Assembly (NCBI GenBank): GCA_002747695.1
Contig: PDQD01000050.1
Coordinates: 1 to 63,298, forward strand
Length of the DNA: 63,298 bases
Direction: 5' to 3'
From: Flavobacteriia bacterium
GTDB taxonomy: Bacteria; Bacteroidota; Bacteroidia; Flavobacteriales; Flavobacteriaceae
Below the pieces are notes generated by a model. The model ran no database searches. It was not told the origin of the DNA and saw only the letters and a list, made by a program, of their open reading frames with translations. Below, piece by piece: positions 38,655 to 48,222 of the stretch. Both the position numbers and the translations under genes were made by a program. Numbering within the stretch: the stretch's first letter is position 1; each line of letters starts with the position of its first letter.

Positions 38655-38978
38655 ATGACACAAAAACTCAACTCAGAAATAGAACTGGACATCATAGACA
38701 ACATTTTAACCAAAGTCATTGACCCCGAAATAGAAATTGATCTGGTCAATCTTGGATTAATATACGATGTGACTTTTGACGGTGTCAATAATATCAAAGT
38801 AACCATGACACTTTCCACCCCTTCCTGTCCGCTTGGCAGTAGTATCATACAAGATGTCAAGGAAAGTATCTTACGCGCTTATCCTACCTATCATGTGGAT
38901 GTTGACCTGGTGTTTGAACCCCAATGGAACCAAACGATGATTACCCCCAAAGGCAGGGAAATACTGGGGATGAAGTAA
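38655..38978 (+). CDS. DUF59 / MIP18-family metal-sulfur cluster assembly factor (SufT-like)
   Basis: ..L..V.DPE...D.V.LGLIYDV.......V.V.MTLS.P.CPL...... Confidence 0.75.
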   Translation: MTQKLNSEIELDIIDNILTKVIDPEIEIDLVNLGLIYDVTFDGVNNIKVTMTLSTPSCPLGSSIIQDVKESILRAYPTYHVDVDLVFEPQWNQTMITPKGREILGMK

Positions 38979-39219
38979 ATAACATTGTTGGTTACAGAGA
39001 CTAACAGGAGTTCGATATTTGTTTACAGCAGTCTTACAGCTGCCGCGTGTAAGTGGCAGGGAATTCTATTCACTCCCGCAGTTATCAGGATTTGGCTTTA
39101 TACGGATCCTAACTTTAAGTTTACATCTTTGTCCTGCGATTTATACCTTTGTTTCTTAGTTAAAACCTCACCACCAATCTCCAAACATCTAAAACTGACA
39201 CAAAGTCATTAAAAAGTCA

Positions 39220-40761
39220 TTAATCGGTATGAGGAGGAATACCTTTTAAAGTCATCAAGGTATAAGCTGTTTCGTAGCCAATTTTATGAGACATCCATGC
39301 TTTCCATGCATTAGAATTCCGGTCTTCGGGTTCTTCACCTAACACATAATCACCGGTCAGTAAAGTGTACATATAAGCGCCAATGGCTTTATTCAGGTTG
39401 CCATGCATATGCCAATTATCACTATAAGCAGATTGCGAGGGAATGGCTTCTTTAATCAGGGCATATAATGTACGAACCGGTATCGCACGGGCATAGGGTA
39501 ATTCTGATTGATGCACCATATATAATGCTGTGCCTAAATCAGTACCATTGTTAGAATCGTCATAGCGTTTATCCAATCCGTAAAGCATAGAAACATCACC
39601 GTAATTGCCATTGTCCTGCATGGGGAAGCCTAAAGAAAAATCAAATTGGGCAGGATCGATTTTGTAGCGTTTATGAGGTTCAAAGTTTGTATTTGCTCTA
39701 CCATAATTAAAGTCTATAGGCGGGGTTCCACCATTGACCAGTGTCCGGTCTGATTGTTCAATGATCCATTGTAAACCATTTAAGATACCGTTTTCTGAAC
39801 TCGTTCCCGTATGGTTGTAATTCAATGTGCTATCTTCAATATCACAGCTTTTAAATGGTGACATAAAAGAACGTTCTCCGGTATAGTGTATTTGACCGGC
39901 TTCGTCTGTTAACGTTGTAAATACTATATCTGCTATCTCATCATCATAGACATAATCAGAAGCTTTTGCACTTTTGTTTAATAATTGCGCATAAACAGAT
40001 GCTGCCGCTAAATAAGCTCCATTTGGCGTAGGATGTTCGGTTGCTGTATCTTTTTTTGCAGACGGCAAGGATTCCCAGGCTAATCCAGCCGGAACCGTTT
40101 TAGTATCAACTCCGGCATGATCGGCTGTACGGTATGTAAATTCTTCATAATGACTCATCGATGCTGTAATCGCTTCATCTCTAGGCCATACCATTAAAAG
40201 TAAAGGCTTGGCACCGCCTTCAGCTATTTTTGACACTATTTTATTAACGCCCAAAGCATAATATCCGGGTAATTTTGCCACAATATACGGATCTGAAGCT
40301 ACAACCACGTAATCCCATTGGGTTCCGTTTTGACCGGCTAAGTTCCCTAATCTATCCGCTTGTCCATCCGGCCAGTAATAATACTGCATCAATGAGTGTG
40401 CATAACAATTGGCATTATAGACATTGCCGGCTTGTCCCAGACCATAAGCCACTTCCTTGGTTTGATAAATATCTTCAAAAGAAATACCGACCTCTAAATC
40501 AAGGGTTTTATCATGAGATAAAATACGGTTTAATTCCTCTGCTATATTATTGGCAGCAAAACCAGCGGCACTGCTATTAATAGAGTGACTGGTACCTAAG
40601 ATTAATATATTGAGTTTTCCATCTTCATTAATATCGGGTGATATGTGAGTCGGATCAGCAGGTGTAACATCAGAGGGGTCGTCAGGTGTACAATTATAAG
40701 TGAGTATCAGTATTATAACTATAAACACCTTTAACAGGTGCGGTGTTGATTGCGTGGTCAT
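39220..40761 (-). CDS. Hypothetical lipoprotein with SGNH/GDSL-hydrolase-like segments
   Basis: Lipobox-like ILTYNC. Block-I-like LNILILGTSHS, block-V-like EHPTPNGAYLAAASVYAQLL, and a second DNWHMHGNLNKAIGAYMYTLL. The assignment is tentative. Confidence 0.3.
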   Translation of the reverse strand: MTTQSTPHLLKVFIVIILILTYNCTPDDPSDVTPADPTHISPDINEDGKLNILILGTSHSINSSAAGFAANNIAEELNRILSHDKTLDLEVGISFEDIYQTKEVAYGLGQAGNVYNANCYAHSLMQYYYWPDGQADRLGNLAGQNGTQWDYVVVASDPYIVAKLPGYYALGVNKIVSKIAEGGAKPLLLMVWPRDEAITASMSHYEEFTYRTADHAGVDTKTVPAGLAWESLPSAKKDTATEHPTPNGAYLAAASVYAQLLNKSAKASDYVYDDEIADIVFTTLTDEAGQIHYTGERSFMSPFKSCDIEDSTLNYNHTGTSSENGILNGLQWIIEQSDRTLVNGGTPPIDFNYGRANTNFEPHKRYKIDPAQFDFSLGFPMQDNGNYGDVSMLYGLDKRYDDSNNGTDLGTALYMVHQSELPYARAIPVRTLYALIKEAIPSQSAYSDNWHMHGNLNKAIGAYMYTLLTGDYVLGEEPEDRNSNAWKAWMSHKIGYETAYTLMTLKGIPPHTD

Positions 40762-40893
40762 TATTTCAGATTAGGGCTCAAAGATACCAATTAATTTAAA
40801 AGAGGTTTTTTATTCAAGGCTGACTTCTGTCTAATGCAAAGCCGCCTTACTGATATTTAATTATCTATTGATTAGTATACTAAACAGTCCTGT

Positions 40894-42015
40894 TTATCGT
40901 GCAACATTTTGATTGGCAATCAACTTCTTAATATCCTTTTCTATTTGTGAAGAAAAGCCATAATAATCTTTTTGTACAATTCCTCTGTTATCCACTAAAA
41001 AGTACCTTGGCCAACTCCGTACCCCAAATTCTTTTTCCAAATCACTATTACCAACCAAATTTTGAAATGTTATACCTTTCTTTTTGACCAACTTAACAGC
41101 GTTTTCATAGTCTTCTGACACTATGCCTATTATGTTTAATTCAGTAGAGAATTGATTTTTTAGATTTTCTACACGGGGAAACGAAGCAATACAAGGGGCA
41201 CACCAGACCTCCCAAAATTCAATCAAAGTCAACTTATTGTTATTAACCTTTACTAATTTGTTTTGGTCAAGTAAATCAGGTAATTCCAATTCTGGCAACG
41301 GTTTTAAAAGCAACTTACTAGGCTTACGTTTTTTAGGCAGCACGACTGAATAATCATGAATTTCTTGCTTAAAGTCCTTTATTGAATGTGTAACTTTTTC
41401 GTTGATTTTTACATCGCTGAATTTTGAAATTGAAACTAATTTCTTGCCAAGTCTGGTATATGTATATTTAATAAGATCAGGAAAAAAGTCAGTTTTATTA
41501 AGCTGAAAAATTTTCTTCTTTTCGGATAAATAGTAAACTGTATCATTTTCAAATTCAAACGTAAGCAAATAAGCATTCTCGGTTTCTGACAGAGACACAT
41601 TTTTGTAGATTGAATCAAGTTTAAAAATATTAGCATGAACCATTTGTCCGCCGGGAGTTCCAATCAACCCAAATTGTCCGGGATATGTTTTGTAAGATTT
41701 ATCTGCTCTAAAAATTTCAAATCCTTTTCCGGCGTCATAAATATATTCTTCCGGAACATCGTCTCTTTTGCCGTAAAAAGAAAAGCCAAACACTTTATCA
41801 TTTTTATCTTTTTCAATAAGTGCAAAGCCGGTATTATTAAAAACAGCACCATCCTGATCAAATGTGTCTATTCTTTGCATTCTATATTCCAAAGCATTTA
41901 TTTTATCTGCATTTTCTTGAAACTTAGCTATAACATACTTTGCATCAACTTTAGGTTCTTCTTTACAACTGTAAAACAATACCACAACTGAAAGAATTAT
42001 AAAGATTTTTTTCAT
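40894..42015 (-). CDS. TlpA-family thiol:disulfide oxidoreductase lipoprotein with N-terminal extra domain
   Basis: C-terminal thioredoxin fold with WEVWCAPCIASFP. Lipobox LFYSC. Start at the ATG at 42015 (verified). Confidence 0.75.
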   Translation of the reverse strand: MKKIFIILSVVVLFYSCKEEPKVDAKYVIAKFQENADKINALEYRMQRIDTFDQDGAVFNNTGFALIEKDKNDKVFGFSFYGKRDDVPEEYIYDAGKGFEIFRADKSYKTYPGQFGLIGTPGGQMVHANIFKLDSIYKNVSLSETENAYLLTFEFENDTVYYLSEKKKIFQLNKTDFFPDLIKYTYTRLGKKLVSISKFSDVKINEKVTHSIKDFKQEIHDYSVVLPKKRKPSKLLLKPLPELELPDLLDQNKLVKVNNNKLTLIEFWEVWCAPCIASFPRVENLKNQFSTELNIIGIVSEDYENAVKLVKKKGITFQNLVGNSDLEKEFGVRSWPRYFLVDNRGIVQKDYYGFSSQIEKDIKKLIANQNVAR

Positions 42016-42152
42016 ACGTATATATTTTAATGAATATTGTACAACGACAGTATAACTACAAAAATACATTTTCCTTCAATACAACACCTGCATAGAAATA
42101 GAGATTTATTTGCACTTTGAATTCAAAGACATATTCGGCATTGCGACCCGAC

Positions 42153-42171
42153 TAAAAACCTAAATATTAGG
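42153..42171 (-). terminator. Weak candidate terminator after gldG
   Basis: On the minus strand: CCTAA-TAT-TTAGG followed by TTTTT. The stem is only 5 bp. Confidence 0.25.
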
Positions 42172-42204
42172 CATACAACTAAAAATAACACAACCCCAAA
42201 AACA

Positions 42205-43839
42205 TCACCTATATTTTTTTCGTCTGATCAATGTATAAACCAATCCGAACAAGCCCAAAATCAATAAAGGTAAGCCTACATTAACCCATTGCCATAAAGT
42301 TTTTTGACGGGCAAGGGTTTCTTTATTGAGCATCGTCAAATCCAGAGTTTTACGCCTGATATTCAGCAAGTCACTATCACCCATCAAATAGTTAACGGCA
42401 TTGAGCAGAAATTCTTTATTACCAAAAGTCTGTCCCGTCCATTTATCGATATCCAGCGGTGTAGGTTGTCCACCTTGAATTTGATTGGCTGCTATATCAC
42501 CATCAGCGATAACAATCATCTTATGCGCATCACTCTTATTGAGGTGTTGGGTTTCAAAAGGTTTGGTTCTGTATGCATAGGCTGAAGGGAATTGCCCCTC
42601 CAGTAAAACACCCGCCAATTGCGTTCCGGAGCGGAAATGTTCAGGTTGTACTTTTTGAGAAATTTCTGATAGGTCAATGACCAGCGGCGTCCCTTTAACC
42701 CTGGTCAGCTTTGAGGTTTGCAGTAATGGTGTTTTTACAATATCCGGCGATAATAAAGTATCAATGGTAGAGGTGAATTTTAACCGTATGGGTTGTAAAT
42801 TCTTACTGATGGGGTTGTTGTTTTGGTTTAAAATCACCGGAAAATAATACCACAACAAGTTTGAAAATTGGGTCTTCCCCCCTACATTACCCGTCGCTAA
42901 TGCAATTTTACTACTGTATAAATCTTCCACAAGGTTATGGTTCACACGGACCCCGTAACTGAACAACAGATCCGTCAGATTGAGATCCCGCGGGATAATC
43001 AAGGACGAACCGTCACGTTGTAAACTGTCCATGGATGCCGTGGTGTAGTCTAGCATCCAAAGCGCTTTACCGCCCTGCATGATGTATTGGTCTAAGATGT
43101 ATTTATCATCCTCAGAAAAAGTTGTCGTGGGCTTTGCGATAATTAAACCATTGTATTTTTTTAAATCATCTAATACCTGCTGTTGGTTAAGCGATTCGGG
43201 TCTTAAAGTAAAGGGTGCCAGATTGTATTTGGACTTTAAACCCGAAAGAAAATCATACAAATAGATATCCTCTAATGTTCCGTGACTACGCAAAACAGCC
43301 AAACTCTGTTTTTTATCCTGTAACAAACGGCTTATTGCATCTGAAAAAGCAAATTCGATGTTTTCAATAGCCCGTTGCAATTGATCATCCTGCGTATCGC
43401 CTGACGGGGTCAACAGATTGACGACCTGGGTTTTTGCCCCCATTTTTACCAAGGCATACGGAAAAATCAATTTTTGAGAAACCTCCCCATCTTGTTCTAC
43501 GGTCAATTGACTGGGTTCCATACCTTGTTTGATCAGTTCCTCTTCCATACCGGAAGGATTTACAAAGGCAAATTTAATCCGCTTGTTGACAGCTCTAAGT
43601 TCTTCCAGATGTGCTTTTACAGCTTGCCCCAAACGTTTAAAATCCAATGGGAAATCGCCCTTTAAATAAACTTTAACCCAAAGCGGTTTATCAACAGACT
43701 CTACGATAGACTCTGTGGTTTCAGACAAGGTATAACGGGCATCGGCTGTCAGATCTTTTCTCACCGGAAACCAATACGCCAATACATTAATCACAATGAT
43801 TAATCCCAATACAACTATTATGTTTTTTTGTCCTTTCAC
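42205..43839 (-). CDS. gldG: Gliding-motility ABC transporter auxiliary component GldG
   Basis: N-terminal TM then ..RKDLTADARYTLSE.T.., a C-terminal TM, about 545 aa, and a 4-nt overlap with gldF. Confidence 0.85.
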   Translation of the reverse strand: MKGQKNIIVVLGLIIVINVLAYWFPVRKDLTADARYTLSETTESIVESVDKPLWVKVYLKGDFPLDFKRLGQAVKAHLEELRAVNKRIKFAFVNPSGMEEELIKQGMEPSQLTVEQDGEVSQKLIFPYALVKMGAKTQVVNLLTPSGDTQDDQLQRAIENIEFAFSDAISRLLQDKKQSLAVLRSHGTLEDIYLYDFLSGLKSKYNLAPFTLRPESLNQQQVLDDLKKYNGLIIAKPTTTFSEDDKYILDQYIMQGGKALWMLDYTTASMDSLQRDGSSLIIPRDLNLTDLLFSYGVRVNHNLVEDLYSSKIALATGNVGGKTQFSNLLWYYFPVILNQNNNPISKNLQPIRLKFTSTIDTLLSPDIVKTPLLQTSKLTRVKGTPLVIDLSEISQKVQPEHFRSGTQLAGVLLEGQFPSAYAYRTKPFETQHLNKSDAHKMIVIADGDIAANQIQGGQPTPLDIDKWTGQTFGNKEFLLNAVNYLMGDSDLLNIRRKTLDLTMLNKETLARQKTLWQWVNVGLPLLILGLFGLVYTLIRRKKYR

Positions 43840-44552
43840 AGTCGTTTAAATCGGTTGATACTCAAAGTTATAAACAAAATCACCACACTTATAAAATAAG
43901 CTATATCTCTAAGGTCTAATACCCCCCTGCCCATACTTTTATAATGCTCGTAAAGCGTTATTTGACGTAAAAAATCAGGGGCATTATCATACCATTGCGC
44001 CAATTGTTCTCCACCGTAATACAACAGTAATAAAACCAAAACACCAATGATAAAAGCCAGTAATTGGTTTTTCAACAATACGGCAATCCACAATGCGATG
44101 GCAGTCATGGCAATACTCAATAACCACAAGCCCAGATAAGAGCCTGTAATACTCCCAAAATCTATGGTTTGCGGTGCCGCAAGCCGGTCTAATGCGAGAA
44201 TGTAAACCAAAGTCAGAATCAGGCTCATAGTGACTATAGTCACTATGGCGAGGTATTTACCAAAAACCACCTGAAATGCCGATACCGGACGGGTTTTGAG
44301 CAATTCAACCGTTCCCAGCGTATATTCCTCGCTGAACGTTCGCATAAGCATGGCAGGAATAAGCACGATAAACACCCAGGGAATAAGGTCAAAAAAGCCT
44401 TGCATGTCTGCAAAACCACTGTTGAATATGTTCCAATCACTACGTAACACCCATAACAACAGCCCATTGACCAACAGAAATAAACCAATAATTCCGTAGC
44501 CCAAAGGGTTGGCAAAAAATGTATTGAATTCTTTTTTAAAGATTGAAAACAT
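43836..44552 (-). CDS. gldF: Gliding-motility ABC transporter permease GldF
   Basis: MFSIFKKEFNTFFANPLGY.. N-terminus, 6 TM helices, adjacent to gldG. Confidence 0.85.
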   Translation of the reverse strand: MFSIFKKEFNTFFANPLGYGIIGLFLLVNGLLLWVLRSDWNIFNSGFADMQGFFDLIPWVFIVLIPAMLMRTFSEEYTLGTVELLKTRPVSAFQVVFGKYLAIVTIVTMSLILTLVYILALDRLAAPQTIDFGSITGSYLGLWLLSIAMTAIALWIAVLLKNQLLAFIIGVLVLLLLYYGGEQLAQWYDNAPDFLRQITLYEHYKSMGRGVLDLRDIAYFISVVILFITLSINRFKRL

Positions 44553-44569
44553 AAACTATTCTATGGTGA

Positions 44570-44577
44570 CAAATGTA
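44570..44577 (-). promoter_or_regulatory. Candidate -7 box (TACATTTG) for gldFG
   Basis: Plus-strand CAAATGTA is TACATTTG on the minus strand and matches TAnnTTTG. It lies 18 nt upstream of the gldF ATG (44552). Confidence 0.35.
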
Positions 44578-44860
44578 TTATTTTTTGTTAGAAATTAAGG
44601 GGCAACAACCACAGAAATCGCACTTAAAACATTCTTAAAACCATCAAACCAACTGTAATTCCATTTTTGGTGGTGATTTTTCAAGCCAAAGATTTTTGGT
44701 GGTATTTAAAACTATGGAGGTGAAAACCACAGAGGTTTAAAAGGTCTGAAGAGCATTTTTATCAATAAAAAATGCAACATTATTTGGTTAAGTCATAGTA
44801 ATCACTACAAACAAAGCGTTTAATAAGCACTCAGAAATAGTTCTATTTGGCGTAGGAAGA

Positions 44861-45520
44861 CTAATTGGCGGGCAAGCTGTTTTTTTGAAAGTGCATATAA
44901 TCTTTACTGGACGACCAATAGCCACCCCAGCGCCAACCATACATAGCAAATATCCGGATGACCTGCATTCCTTTGAAATCGTCTGCTCTGATACGCCCCT
45001 GACTCAAAAAAGACAGGGCATTATCCGGGAAAACACCTTGACGAGACACAAAAGGATTTTGACGGGGATTGAGGTCTATAGCGATCCCATAGGCGTGTTT
45101 TGACCAACCGTTTTTCAGGGTTTTCAGCCTAAAATCAAAGCAAGTCGTATTATTGTTATGCATGGACAGATGATCGTCAAAATTAAATTCAGACATAGGA
45201 ATAACCGAAGAAATGGGGAATTTAATCCATAACAATTGCCTGAAAATAGATTGTAATTCCTCAGCTACTGATTGGTGGCAAACAATCTGTCCGCGATGCA
45301 CTTTGTGATCATAACCGTAATACGATACATCTACCAATGACATTTGCGCGATACCCGATTGAAATTGTTTAAAGTTTGCTGTAGTTAAGTGTTTATAATA
45401 ATGCAGGGTGTATGTTGCCTTCAAGGTCTCCCAATCGTAATCACTGTCTATAATCGTGTCCTGTGCCCTTATTGTTAAGGACATAAAACAAACTATCAGA
45501 ATAAAACGTTTTGGGTTCAT
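44861..45520 (-). CDS. M15-family (VanY/D-Ala-D-Ala carboxypeptidase-like) metallopeptidase
   Basis: Signal peptide. Zinc-ligand pattern ..H.....D ... HAYGIAIDLNP ... DYMHF. Confidence 0.65.
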   Translation of the reverse strand: MNPKRFILIVCFMSLTIRAQDTIIDSDYDWETLKATYTLHYYKHLTTANFKQFQSGIAQMSLVDVSYYGYDHKVHRGQIVCHQSVAEELQSIFRQLLWIKFPISSVIPMSEFNFDDHLSMHNNNTTCFDFRLKTLKNGWSKHAYGIAIDLNPRQNPFVSRQGVFPDNALSFLSQGRIRADDFKGMQVIRIFAMYGWRWGGYWSSSKDYMHFQKNSLPAN

Positions 45521-45579
45521 GGTGTAAAAGTAATAATTATTATACGTTCCGGTGGTTGCTGCCTAATTGAGTTAACAAC

Positions 45580-45612
45580 AAAAAAACCTCTTACAATAAC
45601 TTGCAAGAGGTT
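45580..45612 (-). terminator. Intrinsic terminator of groEL
   Basis: AACCTCTT (45585-45592) pairs with AAGAGGTT (45605-45612), with extra CAA/TTG pairs. A-run at 45580-45586 on the plus strand gives a U-tract on the minus strand. Confidence 0.7.
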
Positions 45613-45667
45613 GTATTTATACGATAGTCTATCGTTTATACTCTTTTATAAGTAACTCAATATTGGC

Positions 45668-47299
45668 TTACATCATACCCGGCATACCGCCACCGCCCAT
45701 AGGAGGCATTGGAGGATTGTCTTCTTTGATGTTGACCAAGGCACATTCTGTAGTCAGAATCATACCTGATACTGATGCTGCATTTTCAAGTGCTATTCTG
45801 GTTACTTTAGTCGGATCGATAATTCCGGCTTTAAACATTTCTACAAATGCATCAGATTTTGCATCATAACCGTAATCACCTTTACCTTCCAATACTTTGG
45901 AAACAATAACAGAACCTTCTTTACCGGCATTTTCTACAATCTGACGTAGAGGTTCTTCTATAGCACGGTCAATGATTGCAATACCTGTAGCCTCGTCAGC
46001 ATTGATAGTTTTGATTTTGCTCAATGCTTTTTTGGTACGTAATAGTGCGACACCACCACCGGCAATAATACCTTCTTCCACGGCTGCTCTTGTAGCGTGA
46101 AGTGCATCATCTACACGATCTTTCTTTTCTTTCATTTCTACTTCGCTGGCTGCACCTACATATAGTACGGCAACACCACCGGCAAGTTTAGCTAAACGCT
46201 CTTGTAGTTTTTCTTTGTCATAATCAGAAGTGGTCACTTCTATCTGCGCTTTGATTTGTTCTACACGGGCTTTGATATCTGCTTTTTTACCACTACCATT
46301 GACGATGGTTGTATTGTCTTTGTCTATGGTGATATGCTCTGCAGTTCCCAACATGTCTATAGTTGCATTTTCAAGCGTCAAGCCTGTTTCTTCTGCAATC
46401 ATGGTACCACCGGTAAGAATGGCAATATCTTCAAGCATCGCTTTTCTACGATCACCAAAGCCGGGCGCTTTGACAGCGGCAATTTTCAATGAACCTCTCA
46501 ATTTGTTCATAACTAAAGTAGTCAGAGCTTCACCGTCCACATCTTCTGCTATAATCAATAAGGGTTTACCACTTTGCGCTACAGGTTCTAAGATGGGTAA
46601 TAAATCTTTAAGCGAACTGATTTTCTTTTCGTACAATAAAATGTAAGGTGATTCCATATCAACCAACATTTTATCAGGGTCATTGATAAAATAAGGTGAT
46701 AAATAACCACGGTCAAATTGCATACCTTCCACGATATCCACATAGGTTTCTGTACCTTTGGCTTCTTCTACAGTAATCACACCTTCTTTACCTACTTTGG
46801 CGAAAGCATCAGCGATAAGTTTTCCTATACTGTCATCATTGTTGGCAGAAATAGCCGCAACTTGTTGAATTTTATCGTTTTTGTTTCCTACTTTTTCAGA
46901 AGCTTTTTGCAATTGGGCGACAATAACTTCTACAGCCTTGTCAATACCGCGCTTAAGATCCATAGGATTAGCACCGGCTGCAACGTTTTTAAGTCCTTCT
47001 TTGACAATAGCTTGTGCCAATACAGTAGCGGTAGTGGTACCGTCACCGGCAAGGTCACTGGTTTTTGAAGCAACTTCTTTTACCATTTGTGCTCCCATAT
47101 TTTCAAGCGCATCTTCCAATTCTACTTCTTTGGCAACACTTACCCCGTCCTTGGTTACAGATGGACCACCAAAAGATTTGTCTATCACGACGTTACGTCC
47201 TTTGGGCCCTAAGGTTACTTTTACAGCATTCGCCAAGGCGTCAACACCGCGTTTTAATCCATCTCTTGATTCAATATCAAAAATTATTTCTTTGGCCAT
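45668..47299 (-). CDS. groL: Chaperonin GroEL
   Basis: MAKEI.F.......[18 protein letters not shown] ... and a C-terminal GGM-type tail ([12 protein letters not shown]). Confidence 0.98.
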   Translation of the reverse strand: MAKEIIFDIESRDGLKRGVDALANAVKVTLGPKGRNVVIDKSFGGPSVTKDGVSVAKEVELEDALENMGAQMVKEVASKTSDLAGDGTTTATVLAQAIVKEGLKNVAAGANPMDLKRGIDKAVEVIVAQLQKASEKVGNKNDKIQQVAAISANNDDSIGKLIADAFAKVGKEGVITVEEAKGTETYVDIVEGMQFDRGYLSPYFINDPDKMLVDMESPYILLYEKKISSLKDLLPILEPVAQSGKPLLIIAEDVDGEALTTLVMNKLRGSLKIAAVKAPGFGDRRKAMLEDIAILTGGTMIAEETGLTLENATIDMLGTAEHITIDKDNTTIVNGSGKKADIKARVEQIKAQIEVTTSDYDKEKLQERLAKLAGGVAVLYVGAASEVEMKEKKDRVDDALHATRAAVEEGIIAGGGVALLRTKKALSKIKTINADEATGIAIIDRAIEEPLRQIVENAGKEGSVIVSKVLEGKGDYGYDAKSDAFVEMFKAGIIDPTKVTRIALENAASVSGMILTTECALVNIKEDNPPMPPMGGGGMPGMM

Positions 47300-47327
47300 A
47301 ATTATTATATGTTTTTAGTTTTAGTAA

Positions 47328-47603
47328 TTAAATGATTGCTAATATGTCACTTTCACGCATGATCAAATAGTCTTTGTTGTCTACTTGAATTTCTGTGCCG
47401 GCATATTTACCATAAAGAACAACATCTCCTTTTTTTACAGTTAATTTTACATCTGCAGTACCGGTACCAACAGCGATAACAGTTCCTTTTTGTGGTTTTT
47501 CTTTGGCAGAATCAGGAAGAATAATCCCTGAAGCTGTTTTAGTTTCAGATTCCATAGGTTCTACAAGAACACGATCTGCCAATGGTTTAATGTTTATACT
47601 CAT
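47328..47603 (-). CDS. groS: Co-chaperonin GroES
   Basis: [16 protein letters not shown].....[23 protein letters not shown]. Start at the ATG at 47603 (verified); the track start at 47630 is over-extended. Confidence 0.95.
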   Translation of the reverse strand: MSINIKPLADRVLVEPMESETKTASGIILPDSAKEKPQKGTVIAVGTGTADVKLTVKKGDVVLYGKYAGTEIQVDNKDYLIMRESDILAII

Positions 47604-47805
47604 ATGAGGATACGTTTTTAAATTATACATTCTCTATATTGCTGTTTGGTTTTTACCAAAATCAGACCAAAATAACTAAAGTTACCACATCAGATTTAGT
47701 TCAACCGGCCTTTTACACCTCTAAACTATACAAAATCAGATTTTTAAAACGATTTCAACTATTTTATCCAATATTGGTCTGTCAGTAGGAAGGTGACATA
47801 TTTGT

Positions 47806-47844
47806 ATAAAAAAAGTGCCAACCTGTCACTTAGATTGGCACTTT
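47806..47844 (-). terminator. Intrinsic terminator of secG
   Basis: AAGTGCCAA (47813-47821) pairs with TTGGCACTT (47835-47843), followed on the minus strand by TTTTTTT. Confidence 0.7.
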
Positions 47845-47865
47845 CATTGAAGTTATAGACTTATA

Positions 47866-48222
47866 CTATTTGTTGTCCTGTGTCTCTTCACCACCATTAG
47901 TATTCTCCTGAGCAGGAGCATCCAGTGTTGGTGCAGGAAGCTTAGCGTCATTCAATGTATTCTCTATACTGGAATGTTTAGTTACTTTATCACTACGGTT
48001 AGGATGTGTGAGATTGACCAATAGAATAAGTGCAATCATTGCAATAGCTAATGTCCATGTACTATTGTCCAAGAACGTATTGGTACTTTGGACACCACCG
48101 ATATTCATACCACCACCGCCAAAAGTAGATGATAATCCTCCGCCTTTAGGATTTTGAACCATAATAAGTAATACCAATAAGATGGCGACAATTATTGCAA
48201 AGATTATTAATAAAGTTGTCAT
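47866..48222 (-). CDS. secG: Preprotein translocase subunit SecG
   Basis: Two TM helices with a G-rich loop: ..VQNPKGGGLSSTFGGGG... Confidence 0.8.
   Translation of the reverse strand: MTTLLIIFAIIVAILLVLLIMVQNPKGGGLSSTFGGGGMNIGGVQSTNTFLDNSTWTLAIAMIALILLVNLTHPNRSDKVTKHSSIENTLNDAKLPAPTLDAPAQENTNGGEETQDNK

Noticed and set aside
39006-39021. GGAGTTCGATA, a T-loop-like (GTTCGA) sequence that could hint at a tRNA or tRNA-derived attachment site.
   Set aside because: I could not build a T-stem, acceptor stem or anticodon arm around it, and there is no integrase nearby.
38985-39212. A 75-aa plus-strand ORF in the convergent spacer.
   Set aside because: It uses a non-ATG (TTG) start in the track, has no motif and no promoter-like box, and spans the hairpin-rich spacer. 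I treat the region as non-coding (see finding).
42114-42127. A perfect 14-bp palindrome, CTTTGAATTCAAAG, between gldG and the TlpA-like gene.
   Set aside because: A few perfect 14-bp palindromes are expected by chance in 63 kb. It has no loop and no supporting context.
46230-47318. Long antisense ORFs inside groEL (138, 116 and 145 aa), with similar ones inside sucD (27345-28154), lpxA (29261-29659), lpxD, the TonB receptor and others.
   Set aside because: They lie fully within strongly supported genes on the opposite strand, have low-complexity or odd composition, and carry no recognisable motifs. They are typical frame-shadow artefacts.
47835-47850. TGGCAC-N5-TTGA, resembling a sigma-54 -24/-12 promoter.
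   Set aside because: It is the right arm of the secG terminator hairpin, points antisense into secG, and lacks the -12 GC.
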